A stretch of DNA of 64,000 nucleotides, taken from contig JBHGNT010000021.1 in assembly GCA_043228905.1 (NCBI GenBank), positions 11,160,001-11,224,000 of the forward strand, given 5' to 3'. Of the stretch, positions 37,058 through 47,597 are shown in pieces (the first letter of the stretch is position 1; every line of letters begins with the position of its first letter). The position numbers and the translations under genes were made by a program. The notes below the pieces were generated by a model. It searched no databases. It worked only from the letters and a program-made list of their open reading frames with translations, and was not told the DNA's origin. The DNA comes from Azolla caroliniana. Lineage: Eukaryota; Plantae; Polypodiophyta.

Positions 37058-39517
37058 TCATGACATTATCCCCCCTTTTCGATGACGAGTTGCACGAGTC
37101 GGAAGAAAAGAGTTCAGACTTGGTTTATGAGGATATTGGTTGTGAAATGCAACAACCATGTCGGAGGCATTGGCAAGATGTTCGGTAGGCTCCCATGTTC
37201 GATCATTAGGTGTATAGCCTAACCAATCAACCAAGTAGTATAGTTTGTTGCGAATGATCTTGGAGTCGAGGATAGCGGCAACCTCATATTCAGAGCCATT
37301 GGAAACGTCAATTGGAGGTGGGGGAGGTGTAACACGACCCGGAATAGAGCTCATTGTGTAGGGCTCCAAAAGTGAAACATGGAAGACCGGGTGAAGACGC
37401 ATATGAGGAGGAAGATCAAGACGAAATGTCACATCATTGATCTTACCACTTATGACATATGGGCCAAAACGTTGATAATCCAATTTGTAGCAAGGTCGGG
37501 TCGTTTTAATGCTACCTTGTAAGAGCCATACACGATCGCCTACTTGAAATGTAGTCGATGAATCACGCCGATGACGGTCAGCAATCTTCTTTTGAGTGTT
37601 TTGGGCTTCACATAAATGATGCAAAAGCATATCCTGAACTTCTTGGAGTCGAGTGAGCCGATCTTCAGCAGCTGGGTTTTTTGGGAGTTCAGGATGTTCA
37701 AGCATCGTCCAACGAGGATGGTACCCAATGTTTGCAAAAAATGGGGAATATCCAGTAGAAGAATGCTCGGAGTTGTTATAAGCAAATTCTGCCAAAGGTA
37801 GTAAATCCACCCAATCATCTTGTTGATAGTTGACAAAACAACGTAGATATTGCTCGACTGTTTGGTTGGTGCGCTCACTCTGCCCATTAGTCTCTGGATG
37901 GTAGCCGGAAGAGAGTTTACAAGAAGTATGTAAGAGTTTGAACATGTGCCGCCAAAATTTCGAGATGAATTGGGGACCCGGATCACTGATAATATCATCC
38001 GGAAGACCATGATGGCGAAACACCTCCCGCATGAGTAAATCAGCTGTCTCTTGACTAGTAATGGTCTTTGTGCATGGAAGGAAATGTGCCATCTTCGTAA
38101 AACGATCGACAACCGTGAGAATCGAATCAAATCCCTTGGAAGGTGGAAGATCCGTAATAAAGTCCAAGGAAATAGATTTCCATGGGCTCTCCGGAATAGG
38201 CATTGGCTGTAATAAGCCATATGGATGATGTCGAGGCTTTTTTGATCGGCAACATGTATCACAGCTACGAACATAATCCGTAACAAAATGGCGAAGCCGT
38301 GGCCACCAATATCGGCGAGAAATCAACTCAAAAGTCTTGTGGATGCCGAAGTGTCCCGCCATTGGTGTGTCATGACATTATTGCATGACTTTGAGTCGAG
38401 AAGGACCGTCAGGCACATACAAGAGAGTTTGTCGAAAAAGTAACCCATCATGCCAACTAAACTGGGTGTAGTCTAGACGAGGATTTTGAGTTTGGGAGCT
38501 AGATGCACGATTTGGGATAATATGGCTCAAAACCTCTTGGGCGAACGCATCAGTCGCAATCTGCTCACGAATGGAATCAAGAAGCCTTGAATCTCCCGGT
38601 GTGTTGATGGTATGCATTGCCATTATTCGTAGACGATCAGGACCTAAGAGGATTTGCTTTTGGCTTTCAAATGCGGCCTCTCCAGGTTGAAGTTCCATAT
38701 ACGAACGTCTAGATAAAGCATCTGCTTTTCCTTGTTGCATCCCAGGGCGATATAGAATTACAAAATCGAAACGAGTTAAGAACTGCGCCCAACGAGCTTG
38801 TCGTCGATTCAAGACTCGAGCACTTTGAAAGTATGTTAGATTTTTATGATCATTGTAGACAATAATCTGCTGAGAAGAACCCTCCAGAAAATGACGCCAT
38901 TGTTGAAAAGAATCCACAATGGCAAGAAGCTCTTTGTCGTGAATCTCATAGTTGATTTCTGCGGCTTCAAATTTTCGTGAGTGAAAAGCCACCGGGTGCA
39001 GTTCACCATCATCACCAATTTGGGATAGTACACTTCCGAGTGCGAAATCCGATGCATCAGCTTCAAGTATAAAGCGCCTCATTGGATCGACATGGATTAA
39101 GATTGGTGCGGATGTAAATGCTTGCTTTAAACCCTCAAATGCAGAGTTCGCATCTATACTCCATACAAATGGTCGATTCTTGTGCGTCAGTTGAGTGAGG
39201 GGCAACACAATTTTTGAATAATCTTTGATGAACTTGCGATAAAAGTTTGCGAACCCCAAAAAACATTGCACATCTCGCACGGACTGTGGTGTTTGCCAAT
39301 CCAAAATTGTTTGAACCTTTGATGGATCCATAGAGATGCCATTTGAAGAGACTATGTACCCCAAAAACTCCACTTGACATTGGTCGAAACTACACTTCTC
39401 CAATTTTGCATAGAGACCATACTCTCGTAGCCGTTGCAAAACTTGGCGAACATGTATATCATGTTCTTCTTGAGTTTTTGAGTAGATCAAGATATCATCC
39501 AGGTAAACAATGACCAA
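37058..39517 (-). pseudogene. Truncated pol of F: RT C-terminal half, RNase H, integrase, chromodomain
   Basis: Starts abruptly at VIVYLDD. Contains EADASD, ISLDFIT..GQSER and YEVAAILDS..YLVDWLGY..TWEP. One stop at 38378-38380. Protease and the RT N-terminal half are absent. Confidence 0.93.
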
Positions 39518-39539
39518 CTAGGTACTGACTCTACATAAC

Positions 39540-39591
39540 TAGGATGGTCCAACCAAATGGCTCCTATTTTGGCCGGACTTATTCGTTTAAC
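39540..39591 (-). promoter_or_regulatory. Putative -1 ribosomal frameshift signal (slippery heptamer plus pseudoknot) at the end of gag
   Basis: In-phase G TTA AAC, a 6-nt spacer, stem GTCCGGCCAAA/TTTGGTTGGAC, and loop TAGGA complementary to downstream TCCTA. Conserved at 52523-52574. Confidence 0.75.
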
Positions 39592-40706
39592 ACATCCTCT
39601 AATTGGCTCAAGACATCAAATCTATTCTCATGGCATGGGCTATTAGGCTTAGTACTTAAGTTATTAGAAGTGATAGTAGAACTTGATGTAGGGTTGTCAT
39701 ATGCACTTACTTGGTAAACTTGACGCCTGGGTTTATGTGGACAATTCACAGCTATATGTCTTGGACCACCACAGTAGAGGCATAGGCGATGCGCCCGACG
39801 TCGTTGTTTCTCAGCATCTGATAAGGGCCCTCGACGTTGTGTCGACTCTATTTCCATCGGAGTGGGACCATCCCTCGTAACGGGTCTAGAACCTTGTGGC
39901 GGTGTGGCGACTATAGAAGCGTATGTCTGTTCCGGTTGGCGGCGTAACATTTGTTGACGTTCAGAACGTCGCTCAAATAGGCGATTATCACATCGCACAG
40001 CTCGGCTAATAGCTTCAGTAAGAGACTTTGGATCTTCATGGAAAGTAAGAAGAAGATCTTTGACATCGTTACGCAAACCCTGACGGAATTGATCCATTAA
40101 GGCTGCCTCATCCCAAGGGATGTCGCATGCCAAGAGACGGAAATCTGCGGCATAAGCTGAAGCGGGACGATCTCCTTGTCGGAGTCTTCGAATCTTGTTT
40201 ATTGCAGTCCTAGTGCTATCCGTATCTCCAAAACTAGCTTGAAACTCCTTAACGAATGCCTCGAAATCCTCCAGTAATGGTGATTTCTTCTCAAGAAGTG
40301 GTGCAAACCATGCTAACGCTGTACCGCTTAGCAAGGTTCCTATTAATCCCACACGGGCAGCATCAGTTGGATACCGATTGGGATGTAACTGAATCACCAA
40401 ACGAACTTGATTCAGGAAACCTCGAAAGAGAGATCTGGTACCATCAAACTTGGCAGGGAGGCTAATCTTTGGTTCCCTTGGGGAGTTTTGAACCCCCGCC
40501 GCTTGTTCTCGTAATGTTAATATAGTAGCCTCAAGTTGATGAACCCGTTGTGATAACTCCTCATATTGATGAGCTTTCTCAGTACTGACTTGTTGAAGAT
40601 CCCCGAGTAGCCTTTGATTTTCTTGCTCTAATGCCACAAACTTAGTGGTGAGCATATCGAGCTCCGAAAGGACACGCATATACTCTTGCTTGCTGACCGA
40701 CTCCAT
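39579..40706 (-). CDS. Gag of chromovirus F (coiled-coil, capsid, CCHC knuckle), intact
   Basis: 375-aa ORF with PAKFDG, ALAWF, LRQG..AYAADF..FRQGL, PTPMEI and CLYCGGPRHIAVNCP. Confidence 0.93.
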   Translation of the reverse strand: MESVSKQEYMRVLSELDMLTTKFVALEQENQRLLGDLQQVSTEKAHQYEELSQRVHQLEATILTLREQAAGVQNSPREPKISLPAKFDGTRSLFRGFLNQVRLVIQLHPNRYPTDAARVGLIGTLLSGTALAWFAPLLEKKSPLLEDFEAFVKEFQASFGDTDSTRTAINKIRRLRQGDRPASAYAADFRLLACDIPWDEAALMDQFRQGLRNDVKDLLLTFHEDPKSLTEAISRAVRCDNRLFERRSERQQMLRRQPEQTYASIVATPPQGSRPVTRDGPTPMEIESTQRRGPLSDAEKQRRRAHRLCLYCGGPRHIAVNCPHKPRRQVYQVSAYDNPTSSSTITSNNLSTKPNSPCHENRFDVLSQLEDVLNE

Positions 40707-40778
40707 AACCGCGGGGGAAAAAGAAAGAAGGATAAAGAAGAAAGCTTGCTAGGGTTATTGGAGAAAGGGAAAAGAAAT

Positions 40779-40789
40779 ATTCGGTTCAA
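40779..40789 (-). promoter_or_regulatory. Self-priming-type PBS of F
   Basis: Minus-strand TTGAACCGAAT, 2 nt inside the 5' LTR boundary, is complementary to ATTCGGTTCAA in the LTR (41030-41020), about 30 nt downstream of TATAAATA. No TGG-type tRNA PBS. Confidence 0.8.
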
Positions 40790-41078
40790 ACTGTCGTGAC
40801 TCTTGAGTAGGAAGCAGAGAGAGAGCGATGGCGATAGAGATAACGATAACGATAGAGATGGCGAGAGCGGTAGAGATAGCGATAGTGATAGCAAAAGAGA
40901 GTGAAAAAGGGAGAGAGTGCGAGAGAGAGAAAAGTATAAGTGAGAGATAAGAAATGGGAATGAGATTATATTATGAGAAAGAAGATTACAAGGAGTAGGC
41001 TAAGGGCTAAAGACTGGTGTTGAACCGAATGAGTTGTGATGAGTGTATGGACTCTTATTTATAGGCCCTTATGGAGTA

Positions 41079-41179
41079 TTCTAGAATGTTCTAGAATATT
41101 TTAGATATTTATGAATAATAATAATAATAAATATAATCATGAAATATTCAAGAACATTCTAGAATAATCTAGAATGTTC
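41079..41179. promoter_or_regulatory. Heat-shock-element arrays in the F LTR (also 36804-36904)
   Basis: TTCtaGAAtgTTCtaGAA and TTCaaGAAcaTTCtaGAAtaaTCtaGAAtgTTC, just upstream of the minus-strand TATA box. Confidence 0.75.
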
Positions 41180-42249
41180 TAAATATCTCGTAATAACTAA
41201 ACATATAATTATTATGATTACATCTCACATATGTTATTACAATGGTTAAAGTACAATATGTAAACCAAGAGGTTATGGGTTCGATTCCTGGTTCGCCAAG
41301 ATGAATGTCATGATAAGCCAAGATGTATGTCTTCATGACAGGCGTGAAGCCAGGAGGAACCGGAGCTATGAGCCCGAGGATCCCGACGAGCCTCGAGTTG
41401 AGCTTGAGGGGGAGTGTTGAGAGACAAGCTCAACATCGGCCGGATCGGCTGAAGAAGCCGAGGACTGGATCGGTTGGGACCGATCGGTTAGGCCGAGTGA
41501 GTAAACCGGGAGGCCGTTAGGAAAGATATTCCGTGAGGAATATATTTGGGAGTTAGTGTAGGAGCTCTTAAAGAGCATTGAAGTACGCTACTTTCTACAA
41601 TACCCTATAGGGGGTTTATATAATACATCCAATGTAATGGTTACATGACCCTTACACATTCTTGTACACATGCACATAATTGTGCATTTGTTCATACACA
41701 TACTCATCCTCACACACTCATTTACTTTACACATACACATCAACCACATCATTAAACCTACCCTTATGCGTCCCCGTATATTCTTACAGGTAACACATGG
41801 CACACATGTGGGATAATGCATTGCACGGTGAACCCACTCGCCATGGCGACTCTTCTCGATCGGAACTCCATCGATCGTCTCAACGGTCGGAAATCCCTCG
41901 ACCGGATCACTGCTCTAGGATCGATAACTTCGATCGGAGGTTTGCTTGACTCAAACCTTCTTGTTCGGTTAGCACAAGTCGCGATTGGATCAATCACCAA
42001 TCGGCTAGTTCAATGTGCCATGGGTCGTGAAATCGTGTTGTGCGTTTGTGTATTCTTTCTTTCATCATGTGAACTGTGTTTTCAAAATTTCATGATTTGT
42101 ACCCCTTGGTTTTAGAAATCTTCGTTTTTTTTTACCCTCAAATTTTCGGAATTATAATGGATACCCTTGAGCATATGAAATTCTCCTCTCTACCCTCGAC
42201 TTTTTTTTTTCTTCTTCGTACACTTTCTTCTTTGTCTTCTCTCTAGCTG

Positions 42250-42790
42250 TCTTCACGGCTGTCACTCGGCCCTTCTCTCGGTCGCACGCCTTGACTTTAC
42301 TCTTGGCCATGCCTCTTGGCCGTACATCTTGGCCGTACTCTAGGCCACGCATCTTGAACACGTGTCTCGGTCGTGCGTCTCGGCCACTTGTCTTGGCCGT
42401 GCATCTCAGCCGTACCCTCAGCCATGCATGCGTCTCGGTTGTACTTCTCGGCCACGCGTCTAGGCCGTGTGTCTCAGCTGTGCTCTCGGCCACGCATCTT
42501 GGCCGTGCTCTCGGTTGTGCCCTCGGCCATGCGTCTTGACCACGCATCTCGGTTGTGTTCTCGGCCACGCATCTCGGCCATATTCTTGTCCGCGCATCTT
42601 GGCCGTCCTCTCGACTGCGTATCTCGGCCATATTTTCGGCTACGCGTCTCGGTCGTAATCTCGGCCACGCATCTTGGCCCTGCTCTTAGCCACGCGTCCT
42701 GGCCGTGCTTCTCCGCCGCACATCTGGGCCACCTTCAGATGTCTTTGTGCAGCTCTGTCTATGGCCGTCCTTGACCGTGGCCATCTCGGC
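42250..42790. repeat. Degenerate GC-rich tandem array inside element D
   Basis: Many short units built on CTCGGCCACGC(A/G)TCT and CTTGGCCGTG. Confidence 0.85.
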
Positions 42791-45335
42791 TACTGTCGGA
42801 TGTCTCTATCCAGTTGGCCATCGCAGTTCAGTGGCCATTCCAGATAATTGTTGGATTCAAAATCATTTAACTTCATCTTGAACGTGCTTCCAGCGCCTTG
42901 GTGTGGTTCATCAGTTGCAACCATGACTGAAAAGGCACAAGGGAAAGTTCAGATTGAACACTCTATTCCGAGTTCCTCATGTGTAAAGACCTTCCACTCT
43001 TATAGCCATATGTAGGGGAAAATGTTATCTGCAATTGATCCCAGAGTCTTTGTAACCGTGGGGATGCTAGATCGGATAGAATGGCAGAACAGTAGCTACA
43101 ATAAAAGATCATGAAGAGGAGAACCCCCTAGTATCATTGCAGCAGAAGAGAGGATTAATAATGGCGATGGATCCAAGAAGTGGCGGCAATGGAAGAGGTG
43201 TTGTAGGGATTAAGAACAGGTACTCCATGGCGCTGTAGGGAGCATGGGAACAGAGTCAGCGTGCATTTGTGCTTCGGTCCATGTTCATGCGAGCAATAGC
43301 AAGCTCTTCATCTGATCCAACTATGAGGTATATTATCATGGGATGTGTGATATGTTGGCGGCTCCTCTTGTTGGGCCACTAGCAGTGGCAGCTGCCATGG
43401 CTCCTGCTCCTGCTCCAACTCCTTCTCCGTTGCCCCGGTATACATGTAGGTTTGGGAATCAGGGGCACGTAAAGGAGGCCAAAGTTTACATCCATGGCGT
43501 TCTTCCTACAGAAGAGGAAGCGTCATCATCATCATCATAGGTGGGGCTTGGACTTTGGCTTTCTCCTTCTTTCTGGTTGGCTATGGCTTCTTCTTCTACT
43601 ACGACGGCAAGGATTCATTCGATTCTTCTTCTCCCATTCGAAATGCAGTCTCATGCTTTCGATCATTTTTTGTTCATTCGCATGGGCAAACTCAAGATTC
43701 TTACAGAAAACGAATTTTCTCCCAGCACCCCCTCTGCACACGATGCGAACAATAATTTCGTGTCCTTCTTTGAAGAGCCTTTGAAAGATTGAGAGGCCTC
43801 CTCTGAATCCGAAATCATCTGCAGGAAGGTAAGCATCGTGACCTGTGGCAGAGAGAGGATATATCCTACTGGCATCACATCTTTAATGATGGCTTGCATA
43901 CTATTTGGATCTCCTCTCTTTAGAAGTTTCTTATGTCGATCTTGGCCACTTTTTCTTCTACTCCAATCTAATGCATCATCAACATCTGATTGCTTACTTG
44001 ACATTGCTTCCCATGTGTAGAGCATTGACGACGTAGGAGGTGAGGAAAGGGGTGGGATTGAAAAGGCTAGAGTTTGAGAATGAGGATATCGATCTCTAGC
44101 TCAAAGGAAAAGGAAAGGAGGGAGATTACTAATGTAGAGGGAGAGAGTGTGAGATACTTCTTCTTAAGGGAGGGTTGGTCGTTCAGGCGTGCCAAAAGTG
44201 TTGTTGGGGTGGGGCGTGAAGCCTAGAATGGCTTCATCCCCCGGCACATTGCCGACTTGTTTATCTCTGATTGGAAATCGGGGGGTTGGATCATATAGAC
44301 CCGTTCTTCAAGATCACTTGGAAGAAATGGATTCTTCACGTCCATTTGGTGAAAGATGTCATCCCCTTGCTTCACCAACAACCTGTACCACACGAACTAT
44401 CGTCATCTTCGCTACCGGAGCGAAGGTCTCGTCGTAGTCGATTCCGTGGGTTTGTGCATATCCTTTCGCCACTAACCGGGTTTTGTACTAGTTTACCGAA
44501 CAGTCGGCATTGTACTTTACCTTGTACACCCACTTGCAACCAATCGGTTTGCATTGTCGGGGTGGGTCAACCAGGTCCCATGTGTCATTGGCATCTAGTG
44601 CCCGCATTTCTTCCTCCATAGCAGCACGCCAATTTGCGTCTTTTCGTTGCTTCTGCGTAGCTCTCCGACTCACGCACTTCTGCCACCTTAGTCATGTCCG
44701 CATAATGATGCGCCATGTACTCATTGTACTTGTACCTCATGATAAGGTTCTTCTGGCTGGTTGACCGGCGTAACTTTTCATCACCCAGTTTGGGGCCCTT
44801 CTTGGCCGGTTCAGACTTCATTTTAGAAGGTCCGCCTTCTTCCTTTCTGGAGTCGGATTCGCTCCAATCCAACTCATCGGTGCCGGATTCGTATTTCCAA
44901 CATCTTCTTTTTCCCCTTCTCCTTGCGCGGGGAGAGCACGGTAAGTCTCCAGTACTCACTGGTTCTTCACCTGACTGATCATCCCGACTCAGATGTTTAT
45001 TCGGCCCACTTAGCCGGAATGAGATCAGACTCTCTTCTAGAGTGCTGAAGTCTTCATCTTCTACCTAAACCTCCTTTGGGCTCACTAGCCTTATCTTCCA
45101 GAATCGGTAGAGAGTACCATGATACCAACTCATCAAACTCGACATCTCGGCTTACTTTGACCTGCTTAGTCTGGGGGTTATAACCCTTATACCCCTTCTG
45201 CTCATGCGAATAACCGACTAGGATGCACCTCTCCGGTTTCGGATCTAACTTCTTCCGCTTCTCATCTGGTACATGTACAAATGCTATGCTACCGAATATC
45301 CAAAGGTTTTTCAAATTGGGCTTGTGTCATGATAT

Positions 45336-45393
45336 GGCAAGACTCGAACCCATGACCTTATGTTACATGGGTCAAGCTCTTACCATTAGGCTA
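45336..45393 (-). other. tRNA-like A-box/B-box module inside the LTR of G (also 61419-61477)
   Basis: Minus strand reads TAGCCTAATGGTAAGAGC...TGTAACATAAGGTCATGGGTTCGAGTCTTGCC; no complete acceptor stem. Confidence 0.65.
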
Positions 45394-47379
45394 TGTATTG
45401 TAATACGAAGGATATTATTTTCATTTAAGATTTACTATAGAAAATTGATGTATATTCTAGATTTCTCTAAAACATTCTAGAAACTTCAGGAGTACTCCAG
45501 AGAACACTATAAAAGGAGGCAGAAGGCATTATTTCGAACCAAATCGGTTCAACGCCAGTCATAAGCCTCCTAGCTACTATTGTATATTCCCTTAACATAA
45601 TATATCTTTTGTTATCCTCATTCTCTCTCTCTCACTCAGTCTTTCCTTCCCTCGAGAGTTCTACACCTCCCTTAGTACTAATCCTCATCTTTTAGTACTA
45701 ATTCCTTCTCTGTTTTAGTACTGTTCCTGATAGTACTTCTCTGTCTTAGTACTGCTCTTGACAGTTTGAACTGATTTTCCTCTTCTTCCTTCTCTTCCTT
45801 TATCTTCTTACTTCTCCCTCCCTTCATTCTAATATCTTATTCCTCTTTTCTCTCATACTATGGACACTAATAGTGCTCAAGAATATCAATCCTCACTGTT
45901 TTTTCGGAGTTGCAATATTTGAAAGAGAAGTGTCTCGCATTGGAACAAGAAAATCAACGACTGTTGGGGGAGGTTCAACAAATCTCCTTAGAGAAGTAAC
46001 AGACGCAACAACAACACGGGGAACTAGCGTTACGCGTGCAACAGCTTGAAGCAACCATAGTAACAATGCAACAACAAGGACCCAGTATGCAAGGGGTTCA
46101 TAAAGAACCCAAGATCGGCCTTCCCATGAAATTCAATGGAACGCGATTGCAGTTTAGAGGATTCCTTAATCAGGTACGATTAGTCATTCAAATGCATCCT
46201 TCTCGATATCCCACCGATGCATCACGAGTGGGACTAGTAGGCACACTACTAGGTGGCACGGCTTTGGCATGGTTCACCCCCTTGTTAGAAAAAAGCTCTC
46301 CCTTGTTAAATAATTTCGAAGAGTTTATTACCGAGTTTAAAGCCTATTTTGGAGATACTGACAATGTTATAATAGCAATCAACAAAATCCAAAGATTGCG
46401 CCAAGGTTAGCGGCTGGCCTCGAATTATGTTGTAGATTTCCGTCTTCTTGCCACCAATATTCCCTGGGATGACCAAGCACTAATGGAGCAATTTCGTTTT
46501 GGCTTACATAATGATGTTAAAGATTTACTCTTAACTTTCCCTAAGGAGCCAAAATCATTGACAGAAGCAATCAGTCGTGTGGTGCGATGCGATAATCGCC
46601 TCTTCAAACGACGTTCAAAATGTCATTTTCAAATACCAAGGACAAGACCGGAGCCCACCTAGGCTTCAATCGTAGCATAGCCTTTCCCAAAGGAGTCATT
46701 CAATACGTCTCCAACAAATACTCCGACTCCAATGGAAATTGACACCACACGTCATTGCAGACCACTATCGGAAGAAGAAAAGCAGCGACGTAGGGCAAAT
46801 AGATTATGTCTTTATTGCAGTGGACCAGGGCATATTGCAGTGAACCGCCCCCATCAGCCGAAAAGGTAGGTAAATCAAATAACCGCTAGTACTAATAGTG
46901 TTGGGGATTGACGCTTTCAAAACCTTCACCTCTCGGCCACAACCGAGGAAACACGAATCAATGCAGCAGTAAATCGAAAACACAGAGAGAGACTCGAATG
47001 CACAGGGTTTAGCGTGGAAAACCCTAGACGGGAAAAACCACGGGAATGCAAGATTCCAACTATCACTATACGCAGGGATTGTACAATGGCGAGCTGCAAG
47101 GCGACGACCTTGAGCTCGTTGTCCTCGCCACAGGCGGCGGTATTACACAGAGGCGTCGACCTCTTCCTTTCTCTCTCTCACTCTCTCTCTCGGCTGCTCT
47201 CACTTCGCTCCCTCTAAGTGAAAACAGAAAAATGAGCAACAACTAACAAAACTGTTTGCCCTAAGTCATATTTATACACATATGACTTTCGGGCTATTTA
47301 CAAATATAGCCTCGAGGGCCCTTGGCAAACATATTCACAAATATGTCCCCGCATCCGGATCTCTCTCTGGGTACATTCG

Positions 47380-47512
47380 TCATCCGGCTCCGTAGCCGGG
47401 GTCTTCCTCATCCGGCTCCGTAGCCGGGGTCTTCGTCATCCGGCTCCGTAGCCGGGGTCTTCGTCATCCGGCTCCGTAGCCGGGGTCTTCATCATCCGGA
47501 TCCGAAACCGGG
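47380..47512. repeat. 27-bp tandem repeat in U3 of the H LTRs (also 52184-52345, one unit longer)
   Basis: Unit TCATCCGGCTCCGTAGCCGGGGTCTTC; LTR lengths 689 and 716 bp differ by 27. Confidence 0.92.
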
Positions 47513-47597
47513 TACTCCTCATTCGGGTCTTCATTCCCGATTCCCGGACATCTGACCATCCCATCCGGAGGGACCGTAATCCCAACAAACTCCCCCT

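Larger units (their letters stand above)
36515..41340 (-). mobile_element. Young chromovirus (F; Tcn1/Tf1-like Ty3/Gypsy), internally deleted
   Basis: LTRs 36515-37065 and 40792-41340 (about two substitutions and a 2-bp indel seen). TSD GGCGT (36510-36514, 41341-41345). PPT GAAAAGGGGGGATAA(-) at 37066-37080. C-terminal chromodomain. Confidence 0.96.
31995..41599 (+). mobile_element. Ty1/Copia (E) with deleted integrase core and internally deleted 3' LTR
   Basis: 5' LTR 31995-32392, PBS TGGTATCAAAGC 32393-32404, PPT at 41403-41414, 3' LTR 41415-41599, TSD ATACC (31990-31994, 41600-41604). Confidence 0.93.
31862..44240 (-). mobile_element. Non-autonomous or deleted LTR element (D): 3' LTR = 31862-31994 + 41605-41795, internal 41796-~44200, 5' LTR remnant 44202-44240
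   Basis: TGTTGGGGTGGGG.GTGAAGCCTA.AATGGCTTCA occurs at 31862 and 44202. Minus-strand PBS-like TGGCACGCC at ~44185-44193. LTR begins TGTTACC at 41795(-). No recognisable pol. Confidence 0.72.

Noticed and set aside
41233-41298. Functional tRNA gene (GGGTTCGATTCC...CCA)
   Set aside because: No proper acceptor or anticodon stems, and it lies inside both LTR copies; kept only as a tRNA-like module.
43343-44025. Host protein-coding gene
   Set aside because: Short broken ORFs inside LTR element D with no recognisable domain or exon structure; left as unexplained cargo.
47380-47512. CRISPR-like array
   Set aside because: Head-to-tail 27-bp units with no unique spacers, eukaryotic LTR context and no cas genes.
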